Shown piece by piece: positions 26,180-38,613 of a DNA stretch of 64,000 nt (position 1 is the stretch's first letter; the number at the start of each line of letters is the position of its first letter). A model generated the notes under the pieces. The model worked only from the letters and a program-made list of their open reading frames with translations. It was not told the origin of the DNA and did not search any database. Source of the DNA: Octopus bimaculoides (Eukaryota); NCBI RefSeq assembly GCF_001194135.2, contig NC_068989.1:56352541-56416540 (forward strand). The letters run 5' to 3'. The position numbers and the translations under genes were made by a program.

Positions 26180-26579
26180 CTGTGAAACATAACACTTCTT
26201 AGGCCTTACATGCTTTATGCACTTAACTTTTTCAAACCAGAAAGAGAGAACTTCTTGTTGCCAAATTAGGCAACTGTTCCTTTGAACTTGTTCTGCTCTA
26301 CAAATTAGTCTGGCTTATGTTTCACTATGACTACATACAGCAAATAATTAGATCACCTAGGTTACATAAACAATGTAACAGTTATGTGTAATATATAGGT
26401 CATCAAATGTAAGGGTTATGATATAACAAGTAAGTGAGGTCACCAAATGTAATGGTATAAGTGCAACAGGTAGACTGTGGTAGGTTAAGGTGTGGCATAG
26501 TGGGGTTGTTGCAAGTTAACGAAAAGGTTAATCAAGTAAAAGCAGTTGCACAGTTATTCATTTCTGATTACACTGAAAC

Positions 26580-28451
26580 AGTGTCTGGTCAATTCGTTGA
26601 TGGCAATTTGTCATTGTTTAATTTGTCCCCAGTCAATTCATCGTTGGTCAGTTTGTTCCCAGGTCAATTTGTTGTCAGTCAGTTCATCGAGATCATAGGG
26701 AAAATGGAAGAATGAATATCTGAATTAAAAACGTGTATTTTAAGGTTTGCTGTATTACATGTTTATTTTTTCTTAAAAGTTAAGATTGTGTGCAATTGCT
26801 TTTAGAGAAATAATTTTCTGGCTTGGATCATATTTTTCCATGACATTTTTTATACGCAGGTTCATATCTCTGTATTTTTTTTTTGGCTTGGTTCTTCTCC
26901 TTGCATAAACTTCTGCAATTTGATTGTGGCAAACCTTTCTTCACATTTAATCACATCAATAAGTTTCCAAATATTTGGATGACTAATATTCACTGAGTTT
27001 TTCAGCGTGCTGTGTTAGGCTTCTAAACGATTTGTAGTACAAGCAATCCCTGTCATTCAGAGATCCCAAACATTCCATACAGTTAGTTGAAATGGAGGTT
27101 CAAGGCATTGCCTCCTCTGACCTCTTCCTCTAGGTGGTCCTATATAATTCTTTTTAAAACAGGATACAATTGATTGTGGAATATCATCATCATCTACAAG
27201 TTGTTCATATCCATCTACAACATCATCAATGGGCAGGAAGGCAAGGGCAACAAAACACTGCATTTTTAGACTAAAACTGTCATCTTCATGATATCTGCAT
27301 TTTAGTCTTTCTTGAACAATATGCTTGTATACATTTTGTCCTAAATGAAACAAGCAGCATGCCAAATTTGACCCAGGAAACGATTCCAGAAATCCATTAT
27401 GAGCTACTTTTCTGAAATCCATAATTATATTACCAGGTTCCTCATTCTGCAGTAATTCATTTATTTTGGCAAAACGTCTACTATATGTGTCTTGACTTTT
27501 GTCAGAAAGCAATGCAAACAATCATGAGGCATTAAAATTATCAATTCAAATGTGAAGTGTATATAACTGAAAAAATATACTAGAGCAGCACTTGAATGTT
27601 CCAACTCCGCCCAGTTCTTGTGCTGTTTTAACTGTTGACATGCTTCATTTGCAAATATTAGTATTTATTTTGAATCTTTCATCCCACTAGAGTATTCACT
27701 TGGAATGGAACACCCAACATTTGTAAGTGGGGTGGCAGGATAGTTGGAATCAGCTTGCCTCCAACATCTAATATTCCTATTAAGCTGTGCAAACGGAGGT
27801 ATTTGTGACTATGTACAGTCATTTAAATTCAGAATTTCACTAGTGATAATTGAGTGAGGGGCATCACGAAATGAAATAGACCTTACTTTAATATTTGAAA
27901 CTATTATCCTTGCATTTACCTCTGCAGCAGTTGAAGTGTGATTATGGATCCCAATCTTCTTAAGCTCTTTATAATTTTCATCTGTATGAAGTCTCGCCTT
28001 GCACACACAATTTTCGCACCTCCATTATATCTTCAATCCATCTGCATTCTGCTTATTTTTTGTGCATATATAATTTTCTTGATCGACCGCTTTGATTTTT
28101 CCTTTCTCTGAAGTTATGATCTTGCAAGTAATCATGTTGATGGGTAGGCATATTGAATAAGTTTAATTCAATTTGCTTCAAAACCTTTGTTGGTAAATTG
28201 TTAAACTATTCAGTAGCGATAAGAGAGAGGGGGGGGGGTTAAAGAAAGGGAAAAAAATATCTAAAACTGTCCAACAACAATTTTAATTCTAAAGTGATTG
28301 TTCTAAACTTTCCCTTGAAAATCACATTTAACAGTGTTTGGGGATGATTTGGCCAGTGACGAATTGATCTGGGGATGAATTGATCAACAACGAATTGATC
28401 AGGGACAAATTCACTGACGACGAAATAACCAGGGACGAATTGTCCTAGTAG
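26580..28451 (-). mobile_element. Mutator-like (MULE) DNA transposon with decayed FLYWCH + MULE transposase
   Basis: WRCENCVCKARLHT...HNH (FLYWCH-type) and IIMDF...CCLFHLGQ...ALAFLP (MULE core); subterminal ~15-bp gg(t/a)caattcgt arrays in inverted orientation; 9-bp TSD cactgaaac / cattgaaac; stops and frameshifts. Confidence 0.9.
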
Positions 28452-28777
28452 CATTGAAACAAATTAACACAAGAAGTTGGAAGTAAATACAAATGTTAAT
28501 CAGTTTTGATAGAGAACTTCTTGTGGTTGTAGAGGTCTGCTACTTAATTGATGTGAAACTTATACAAGATTGCCGTTTATGACAAATTAACTATCTGCCA
28601 GTGTCTGAGGAAAAGAGAGAGAGGTTAACTCTCTAAAAACTGATAAGAAAAGAGAATGTGCTTTTACAAGTATCTCAATATGTAGTTGTGCTGAAATTGA
28701 ACTGGGTCAATAACAATGGTTAATAACAATTGTATGAGCTAAGTTGAACTCTGTCTCATCTAAGCAGATCGCAAACT

Positions 28778-29864
28778 TGAGAGGTGACACAAATAAATTC
28801 TCTAAGTGCAGATTCTGATAACAATGAACAAAAGAATGAAGGCCCAAGACCCAAGTCCCAAAGAGTTAGAAGTTGCTGATGGGGATCCAACATCAGCAGC
28901 TGAACACAAAATACATGCTCAGAGTCCTAATACCATCAGAACACATGACTTTGTTCAAAAAGTCCAAGAAATAATGAATAAAAACTCCAGAAAGTACATC
29001 AGATCCATTGCAAAGGACCTAAAGGTCCTTTGCACCATCAAAACAGTTGTGCATAAAGACATCTGGTATGAGTCGTATGTGATGTTGAGGGGTCAGTTTT
29101 TGTCAGATGTGTCAAGAAAGAATTGTTCTGTCCAAGCAAAGTGTTTACTATACAAGTTAAAACACCAAGAGGCTGAAATACTTTGGTTTTTCTCTGATGA
29201 GACAAACTTTGATCAGAGAGCTGAGAGCCATATGAGGTTCCAACAGTCATGCATACTAAGTTCCCAGTAACTGGGATGGTTCTGAGAATTATCAGCAACA
29301 AGGAAAATGTCATGCCTCCCCACTTTTATCTTCACAGAGCTTAAGAATCAATGCAACTGTCTATTCAGAGGTGTTGGAGAAAGTTGTGAGGCCCTGAATA
29401 GACAGAGTATGCAATGGAAGACTACATCTTCCAATAAGACTCTGTGCCATTTCATTAGACTAGGACAACTCAAGAGTGAATATGTGCCAATCTCCAAGAT
29501 CATGTTCTCTCAGATACATGGTCTCCTAGCTCACCATAGCTCAATGCACTGGACTATTATATATGGGGTATAGTCAGGAAAGAGATCAATCAACACCTCC
29601 ATTGCATCATACACTCTCTCAAGTCCACCATAACCAGCATTATGTCCAAAATTGATAAAGATCATCTGGTTCAGGCATGCCAACACTTTCAACTCCATAT
29701 TAAAGCAGCTATTGATGTTAATGATGGATCCATTGAATTAGTATGATAAAAAAATTCTCAGGAAATTTTTTACCAATTTGTTTTCAAATACAGCTTTTCT
29801 TTTGTGAACAATGCATCTTTTTTCTAAATTCATACAAATGACCTAAAAGAACTAACACACCCTA
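28778..29864 (+). mobile_element. Tc1/mariner element of maT (DD37D)-like type, pseudogenised
   Basis: ...KDIWYESYVMLRGQF...WFFSDETNFDQ...; WSPSSP*LNALDYYIWG; C-terminus HLVQACQHFQLHIKAAIDVNDGSIE. Confidence 0.85.
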
Positions 29865-30330
29865 TATATGCAAGGCATGGATGTTTAATTCTTTGAATCT
29901 TTACATAACTTTGTATCCATGAACAGCATCTACATGTGAACATGCGACTACAAAATTATTCAACCGACAGGGACACCTCTATACTGTTGGTGAACCTGCT
30001 AGAAACAGCAGCTAAATCTCTCTTAAATTTCACATCTTCCTATCTAATAAAAAAAAGTAGGGAAGAAATATTGAGTTATGTAGTACTAAATGCATAATGT
30101 CTGAACTAGATATGGGTGGAATGCCTTTGATCTGACCTGATTTGAGCGAAAAGAGAAAAATATTATGCATGGTTACTTATTTTTGTAGCAATGCTCAAAC
30201 AGAACATATACACACCTGATTAGAGAACATAGGAATATAAAAATGCATTACATTAATTTCAAATGAGAGATTCTATTCTGAAGAAGAAAAAAACGAAGGC
30301 AAAGAGAAATTCATTCTAGATTCTGTGTGT

Positions 30331-30461
30331 TTAGTGAACAACAAATTATGTAACAATGAAATTTGAATCTAGTAGCATGACTAACTGAATGTCTTCTTCA
30401 CCACCACCCTCTCACCATTTGATGAACAATAAGCTATATAACAATCAAATAAATGGTATTA

Positions 30462-30499
<38 letters not shown>

Positions 30500-30760
30500 T
30501 TGGTGAACAACAGACTATAGAACAATCAAACTGAACCTAATGGTAAGACTGTATCTATCTGCGGTCACCCCACTTTCTTTCTCTACAGTTGGTGAACAAC
30601 AGACTACACAGCATTGAAATGGAATCTACTGGTGTGACTGTACACCTATCTGCCCACACCTTCTCCTCTCTACATTTGTTCAACAACAAACTGTATGACA
30701 ATCAAATTGAAACTAATGGTGTGATTGTATCTATACCTATTGTATCTCTCTCTCTCTTTC
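30331..30760. repeat. degenerate ~87-89-bp minisatellite, 5 units
   Basis: Units start near 30331, 30419, 30500, 30589 and 30676 with t(t/g)g(g/a)tgaacaac...acaatcaaa...ctaatgg. Confidence 0.8.
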
Positions 30761-30819
30761 TCCCTCCCTCTCTTTCTCTCTCTCTCTCCACATTTGTATA
30801 TGTATATATATATATATAT

Positions 30820-31145
30820 TGTGGTACCTTGGGCAAGTGTCTTCTACTATAGCCTCAGACCAACCAAAGCATTATGAGTATTAAAAAAGATGGAAACCAA
30901 AAGAAACCCTATATATATATATATATATATATATAAATATATGCATGTGTGTGTTTTGTATCTGTGTTTGTCCCTCACCACTGCTTGACAGCAGGTGTCG
31001 GTGTGTTTATGTCCCCATAACAGTGATTCAGCAAAAGAGACCAACAAAATAAAATAAGTATTGAGGCCGATTGATGTGAATAAGATTCCCCAGGGCAGTG
31101 CCCCAGCATGGTCACAGTCTAATAACTGAAACAAGTAAAAGAGAA
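30820..31145 (+). mobile_element. family-A SINE, CpG-decayed
   Basis: ggtaccttgggcaagtgtcttc...ggcagtgccccagcatggtcacagtc. Confidence 0.85.
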
Positions 31146-31759
31146 AAGACATAAATGCATATTTATTATTCTTAAACAAGAATATTATTGACAGTAACTC
31201 TCAAGTTTTGGCCAGCTAAGCCATTATTAGACCTGCAATGTATTGAAGTTAATCTTGGCTTTATATGGTCTCTGCTACAACTCTTTGAAGATGACCTATT
31301 CACTATGATCACAAATAAAATTTAACACGTGAACCAGCACACTGAAGCAGAAAATCAACCTCATAAAAACAAGCCCAAATATATTTGTAAAATCAGACAA
31401 GACAGACAACTTCTACTAGATAAGTCAAACTACTTATAACTATTTTCTCTCTAACACAATTTGTAACACATACAAAAAAACAACAACAACAACAAAATAT
31501 GCAGCTTTAAATGATATTTCTTTGGCTGTGTACACCACAACCAAAGAAATATCCACTAAACTTAAAACAGATGATAGAGTAGATACACTAACACTTTAAT
31601 GTCCATATATAACCATGAAGGAGCACAAGCCAAACATCAATGGCAACCCATCCATCAGATTTGTAAATCCATTGAAACTGGATGTAGGCATCATTAGTCT
31701 TAAAAAATTATGGACTAATTCTCATTAAAAATAAAAACAAAATCAACATTACCTCTCTT

Positions 31760-31870
31760 GAATAACACATGACTTGGTCTAGCAATTTAATGCCTCTGTA
31801 GTTGTTACTATCTAAGGCATCACCTTCACCCTTGTAGCAGCTAACTATGATATTACTACTAATGAATCCA
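31760..31870 (-). mobile_element. RTE RT N-terminal fragment
   Basis: SNIIVSCYKGEGDALDSNNYRGIKLLDQVM matches the RTE RT motif (IxxxYKGKGDxxxxxNYRGIxLL). Confidence 0.85.
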
Positions 31871-32214
31871 ATCACATTCTCAAATTCTGATCTAGTCTCT
31901 TCATGCAACCATAAAATCTTAAAAATCACTAAAACATTTCAAACCAATAATTTTTTCTAATGGCTAAACATGTAAATATCTCACCAACTTCTCTCCTTCC
32001 ATTTACACCATAAAGTATTCATATTAAAAAATTTTTTTTACAGTTTTACACTAAACAGGTACTTATCTAAAAGTTTCCCTATCTCTGACCAAAATCCCCA
32101 TAAAAGATCTTCTTATATAAGTCCACAAACTTACACACACACATAAATATAAATTTGTATGCAACTAAGTTGGAAGACCCTTTTCTCTTGATTCTATTTT
32201 GTTTTTAATTTTTG

Positions 32215-32768
32215 GGATCTTTTTTAAAACGGGGGCCACATTTTTCATTAATGTTTTACGTAGTGTTTTTGGTACCGAAAGACTTTCAAACTTCGTATAC
32301 TTATCTATTTTGTGTTATAGAACAGAAAAATATTTTTGTATTCGAATTTATTTCATGTAAAAAATTGTCTTATTTCGATAATTTCAACCAATCACTGACG
32401 TCCATTCAGCCGATATACATTAAGTGCCGACTACATAAACAAACGATTCTTCGTTTTATTTGCTTTTTTCATTTTAAATTTGCTTTAACCCTAACCCTAA
32501 CCCTAGGGTTAGGGTTAGGGTTAGGGTTAATTGTTTCAGAATCGTTTGTTTATGTAGTCGGCGCTTAATGTATATCGGCTGAATGGACGTCAGTGATTGG
32601 TTGAAATTACAGAAATACGACAACTTTAACATGGAATAATTTATGGATTTCTTTTTTTTTTAAGAAGACTAAGAGAAAAAGATGTTTTATATGACACATT
32701 CTACCAGTGTTCCAAGTTTCAAAGTGTTTCGTTAATGAAAAATGTGGCCCCCATTTTAAAAAAGATCC
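32215..32768. mobile_element. Merlin-like MITE with central telomeric palindrome
   Basis: TIR ggatcttttttaaaacgggggccacatttttcattaa / ttaatgaaaaatgtggcccccattttaaaaaagatcc; flanks aatttttg / aatttttt; inner 71-bp inverted repeat (32380-32450 vs 32538-32608). Confidence 0.8.
32485..32530. repeat. interstitial (CCCTAA)n-(TTAGGG)n palindrome
   Basis: ttaaccctaaccctaaccctagggttagggttagggttagggttaa. Confidence 0.95.
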
Positions 32769-33871
32769 AATTTTTTTTAAAGTTTAAAATTTTAAATAAA
32801 TTTCTTCAATTAAATTTTATTCCCATTTTTATACATGTATATATACACACTTTTTATAATGCCACACTTTCTCATATATCCATAGGTCTAAAATAATATG
32901 TTATAAAATACCTATGTTTGAAACAATTGAAGAAATATTTATGAATACATAATCTACAAACTCTGCTTCAATAAAACACAAAGGTTTAAATTTTTACATG
33001 TTAATCAAATTCCTTATAAGACAATGATCTCTTAGAGAGAAACATACAGACCAACAACACCTTCTTGTGAACATTGAAGCACAAGATAAACACATTTCTA
33101 TACTAAGAACACCATGATATGCCAGGCTAATAACCTCACCTTTCAAATGCACACAGGAAATCCCCTAAATAACAGCAGCAACTAGTAAAGAAATTGACTT
33201 GCTAAAAAATACCACCTACCCATATTCTTTTGTGAACCCTTAAAAAATTCCATTACAAAAAGTTTGATACACCCAATTATTAAGTTTTTAAATATTGGAC
33301 TAAACTTTAAACCTTTGACCTTTACATTGTCAAAAGAAAGAATTAAATTCCAAAATAACTAAAACTATTGGTACATCCTAGACCTATCTGTAACCTTTTT
33401 GTGAACCACTAAAACATCAACCAGCCCCATGACCTGAAGGGAATACACCTAAATGTATACACCTACTTACAAAGTTCTAAATGCATAAATAAATTCTAAA
33501 CAATAACATAACCCCAAATTTAATCAACAAAAATTTCTCCAAAACACCTCTCTACTATAACCCAACCTACAACCTAATTACAACTCTGCTAAAACCCACA
33601 TATCCAAGGAAGATTTTTTACTCAACAGAGACTATATAAAACCAAGATTAACTTCAATGCATTGCAGTCTAATGATGGCTTAGCTGGCTGAAACTGCAAA
33701 GTCACTATCAACAATATTTTTGTTTAAGAATAATATATTTGTACTCAACAAAAGTATATAGCAACCCATCAGATTAATATAAAATTGTTTTTATTATAAC
33801 TGAACATAAAAGCAAACATTAATATACATACATGCATGTGTGTGTGTGTATGCTAACTGAACATAAAAACA

Positions 33872-33906
<35 letters not shown>

Positions 33907-34182
33907 TAGACAAGAATAGAAGGGAGAATATTGATTCTCACATGCTTCCCTTTTTGTCCTTCCACCACCACCACCACCACTATTCATAATTATTAACTCC
34001 TCCTCACTTACTTTCTCTCTATCTCCTTCCTCCTCACCATTTATTACATCTATTTCTGCCATCCGTTCCTCACCCAACAGTAATTTTATTCATATCATGT
34101 TCTCACTTTGTAACAATGATACTCTCGCTCTCTGTCTCTCTCTTTTTCGCTTTTACTCTCTGTTTTGTTCTCTCTCTGTCTC

Positions 34183-34235
<53 letters not shown>

Positions 34236-35334
34236 CTCCCCCCCACTCACTCTCTCTCTCTCTCTATCTGTCTATCTATCTTCCCCCCTCTCTCCCTTTC
34301 ATGACTCTTGAGTAGCCCATGTTTTTTTGTACCACCCTTCATCCCTGCATTCCAAAACCCACTTTATTCTCTTTACCATATTTATCTACATCAACCATTC
34401 CAAACCACAGCCACTATCATCATCATCACTGCCAAGACCCAGACCAAGGTTCCCACCACCACTACTGCCACTGTCACCACCAGCACCAGCACCACCTCTG
34501 CCGTCACCAGCAGCACCACCTTCATCAGTGTCAGTGCCACCACCATCACCACCTCTGCTACCCCCCACCACCACCACCATCACTGCCACCACCACAGTTA
34601 TGTGACAGCAAGAGCAAGTACCAAACAGATCAGCCTGCCAGCNNNNNNNNNNNNNNNNNNNNNNNNNNNNNNNNNNNNNNNNNNNNNNNNNNNNNNNNNN
34701 NNNNNNNNNNNNNNNNNNNNNNNNNNNNNNNNNNNNNNNNNNNNNNNNNNNNNNNNNNNNNNNNNNNNNNNNNNNNNNNNNNNNNNNNNNNNNNNNNNNN
34801 NNNNNNNNNNNNNNNNNNNNNNNNNNNNNNNNNNNNNNNNNNNNNNNNNNNNCATTAGGGAGTTTCCTTATGACACATCACCCCCAAGGAAAAGGTTTCT
34901 AGTAATTCCCCACCACCAGACCCCAATCAAATCAAACCACTACACCAGTTACCTAGTAGGTTGAAACTTCCCACTAATTTCAGCATTGACTCCCATACTT
35001 CACCACCCCCCCCCACACTGCCCTTACCATTCGATTCCCTTCCAAACGGCTGGGGTGACAGTAGAGTGTTGATCCCTGCTCCACTCTGACACACCAGTGT
35101 CTTTGAGCACCAACTCAGCTCCTGTCACAGTCAGATGAAATGCCTTATGAGTATTTAGTTATACCCACTTCACATTCTGAGCTGAAAGTCATGCTGAGGT
35201 CAACATTACCTTTTATCCTTTTTGCATTGATACAATAAGTAACTAGTAAAATACTGGGGTTGTGTTAATTGACTGTAACATGCTCCCACACCATGCCCAA
35301 ATTTGTAGCCTTGTGTCTGTGTAAGAAAGTATTT

Positions 35335-35860
35335 AACCATTTAGCATTCAGATTACTCTGTCAAATGTAACACATGTTCATTCACATTGGTTTGAATTAA
35401 TCAGGCATTATCATGTAGCTTTGAGTTTTCAGTGATGCAATTGCTAGTGTTTTGAATGAAAAAAAAAACTGGCACATCATTGGTTATGACAAGGATTCCA
35501 GTTGATCCAATCAATGGAACAGCCTGCTCGTGAAATCAGTATGCAAGTAGCTGGGCACTCCACAGACACATGTACCCTTAACTTAGTTCTCAGGGAGATT
35601 CAACATGACACAGAATGTGACATGGCTGGCCCTTTGAAATACAAGAACTACTCAGTCTTGCCAGCTGAGTGAATTGGAGCAATGTGAAATAAAATATCTT
35701 GCTCAAGGACATAATGCATCACTGGGAATTGAACTCACAGCCTTACAATTGTGAGTTGAATACCCTAACACTAAGCCAGCACCTTCACATTTTGAATGAC
35801 ATTGTTAGGTATAGGTAAGAGACCAGATTTAGCCAATTTAAACATAAAACAGGTAGAAAA
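35335..35860. mobile_element. piggyBac-like MITE interrupted by a family-D SINE (~35460-35788)
   Basis: Same MITE family as 40768-40941; SINE flanked by the duplication ttttgaatga and has a poly-A on its left. Confidence 0.75.
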
Positions 35861-36435
35861 TTGCCCTTCTCAGTAAAAAGAAGGTAGAGTAATTCCCATC
35901 ATAGAATTGGTTGATAGCTAGATCTGTCCTACTTGTGACAATAGCTATTGGACATCTCTATGAGTCAGCAATATTTGTACACTGAGTGTGTGCTTAATGA
36001 GTTTTTTATTGCTCTACAAACATCTCAGACAGGCCCAGTAAGGTTTAAAATGACAGCAACAATAACAATAATGGTTTCTTTTAATTGCCATTAGGACATT
36101 ATTGGATGAAAGGGGACATAAGAAAATCTAGTTATATAAGGTGTGGTAGATTTCCATAAAAACTGAATACGATATGCCTGGCACTCCATCAGTTATGAAA
36201 ACAAGTGTTCTGGTTGATTCGATCAACAGAACAACCTGCTTGTGAAATTAATGTGTATGTGGCTGAGCTCTCCACAGACATGTGTACCCTTAACATAATT
36301 CTCATGGAGATTCAGCATGACACAGAATGTGACAAGGCTGGCTCTTTGAAATACAGGCGCAACTCATTTTTGCCAGCTGAGCGGACTGAATGAATGAGAT
36401 ATAAAAGAATACAAATAAATGCTGATACACTCCAC

Positions 36436-36536
36436 CTTATACAGGAAGACCCAAAACTAGGGCCAACCAATGGAACACTAAAATCAAGTACCCTCTCTCT
36501 ATTATCAATATTATCGATCTTTAACATAGACACAAG
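36436..36536 (-). CDS. predicted coding exon, gene 2 (LVSMLKIDNIDNRERVLDFSVPLVGPSFGSSCIx)
   Basis: Branch point TACTAAT plus tcattattctctttag acceptor; one open frame; AAG|GTGGAG donor is weak; phase 2 fits the 26179 acceptor; possible start ATG at 36527. Confidence 0.45.
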
Positions 36537-36989
36537 CTAAAGAGAATAATGATTAGTATTGTTGCATCATTCATTTACTCCTGCCTTCCTTTCTATTAAC
36601 AGAACTGTTTCCCTCTTTTTTTTTGTCTTTTCTCCAGGTTAGAATGAAACTAACATCTAACATGTATTCTATTGTCTAGTCATTTATCTTTTCTAATAAC
36701 CAGCCAATGAGTGTCAGAGATGGCAACATTAATGACAAGAAAAAAAGAAATGTTATTCCTGCCACAAAAAGTAAATATACGAAGTCATTTGCTGTCATCT
36801 TTGACTACGAACAGCTGTTGGCTGTTGGTCAAATATGGTACCTGGCTATGAAGTAAAATAATTCTACTGCATGTGAGATATTGGTTTCATCCAAATCAGA
36901 TAGATCAGCAGTGTTAAAGTCAATTTTCTAGGTGAATGCACATTTAAGTAATGATGCTCAAAAACATCAACAGTGAAGTACAGAAATGA

Positions 36990-38225
36990 AAATGTGGATA
37001 GTTCAGGGAAGCTTGCCCTCTCCTTCTCCCTCACTTTTTGCGATTGCATTAGTTCCTCCAACAAGCATACTTAGAAAATCCAGACCTATCTATGAGCTTG
37101 CTGAAATGAGGGTGAAAATAAATAATTTGCTACATTTGCATGATCTCAAACTATACAGGAAAAATGAAAAAGACTTGGATTCTCTTGTACAAACAATAAA
37201 AATATTTAGCAAGATAAGGAAGGTGCTTGAAACAAAACTAACTGAAAGTGATGTCATCAAGGCAATAAATGTGTGAGTCATGTCTGTGTTGAGATACTCT
37301 ACTTCTGTTTTAAAAAACAGGCAAAGACAGAGCTACAGGAATTGGGCAAAAGAACTAGGAAGCTGCTCCCAGTGCATATGCACACCACCCTAAAAGTGAT
37401 ATTTATAGGCTTAGTAAGAAGAGAAGGAGGTAGGAGTTTGTTAAATGCAGAAGATTATTATTGCTGATAAACTATGTAGTATATAGCAATGAAAGAATGT
37501 TATCTATGGCCAGAAATATTGAAGAAGTCACTGAAACAATAAGCGAATGCAACAACAGAAGGAAGAATAATAGAACAAAAAGTTGGAAAGAAATATTTGC
37601 ATGGTCAGTTTATGCAATAGACTATGTTGGAAGTGAAGAATGCTGCTTGTGGCTAATAGATGGAAACCTGAAATGAGAAACTGAATCATTGATAATAGCC
37701 TTTCAGAAGCTAGTGATTAGAATGAATTTGATAAAAACAAAGATGATAAAACTCAGTCAGAGAGCAAACGCTGAATGAGTGGAAAAGTGGAGAAAAGTAT
37801 TAGCCATTCCCAAGTGGGTGTAGTATGCTAGTACAAAAAGAGTATAAATGCAGGCATTTAAAAGTGTTAACCAACTTTTTGGATAAGAAGTGACCTTAAA
37901 AGTAGTAGGAATACATGCCAGAGACTTTGATAGCGAATGATAATTAAAAGATTTTATGGGATTTCCCCTTGGAGACTAAGCATACTATTGAAGCAAGGAG
38001 AGCAGATATGTTTATAGTCAACAGAAAAACCAAAGTGTAAGATCATAAATTTTCAATATCACATGATAGTAAAGTGGATATCAAAGTGGATATCAACATA
38101 ACAGCCAAACTGCTACCTGAGAAGTTGAAGGCTACTGGATTTCAGACATGTATTATAGGCCTGTATTAACGTGCTACTCTGTATTTTGTAAGAATCTTAA
38201 GAAATATTTTTGAGATTTGAGGAGA
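36990..38225 (+). mobile_element. R4/Dong-clade non-LTR retrotransposon remnant (RT + REL endonuclease)
   Basis: DLKLYRKNEKDLDSLVQTIKIFS, KLTESDVIKAINV, RREGGRSLLNAED, WDFPLETKHTIEARRADMFIV. Confidence 0.85.
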
Positions 38226-38369
38226 CGTATCTTCATCAAACCTCAAGATAACATCCCTGCTAATTAAATTAGCCTGCAATAGCTTTTGTATATTACTACT
38301 ACTATCACTGCCACTGGCACCACCACTATCACCACTTGCACCACCACAACCACTACATATAATAATAAC

Positions 38370-38577
38370 AACAATAATAATGATGATTTCTGATTTAGGT
38401 ACAAGGCCAGCAATTTTGAGGAGAGGGTTGTAGTTGATACCGTCAACACCAGTACTTGAATGGTACTTTATTGATGCTTAAGGGATGAAAGGCAAAGTCA
38501 GACCTGTTGTGTCTGATGCTCTAACAATTCTGACAATCCCCTGTCCCCAACAATGACAATAAACGACAGTTTGAAGA

Positions 38578-38613
<36 letters not shown>

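Noticed and set aside
32485-32530. Ancestral chromosome fusion site
   Set aside because: Orientation is CCCTAA then TTAGGG (opposite to a fusion scar), the array is very short, and it is embedded in a TIR element
34308-34964. 218-aa Thr/His-rich ORF (mucin-like)
   Set aside because: (CAC/CCA)n low complexity, open in several frames, spans a 210-N gap, no splice support
36639-36680. Strong plus-strand acceptor (ttttctccag)
   Set aside because: The frame closes after 13 codons, the donor is weak, and it is opposite in strand to the supported exon chain
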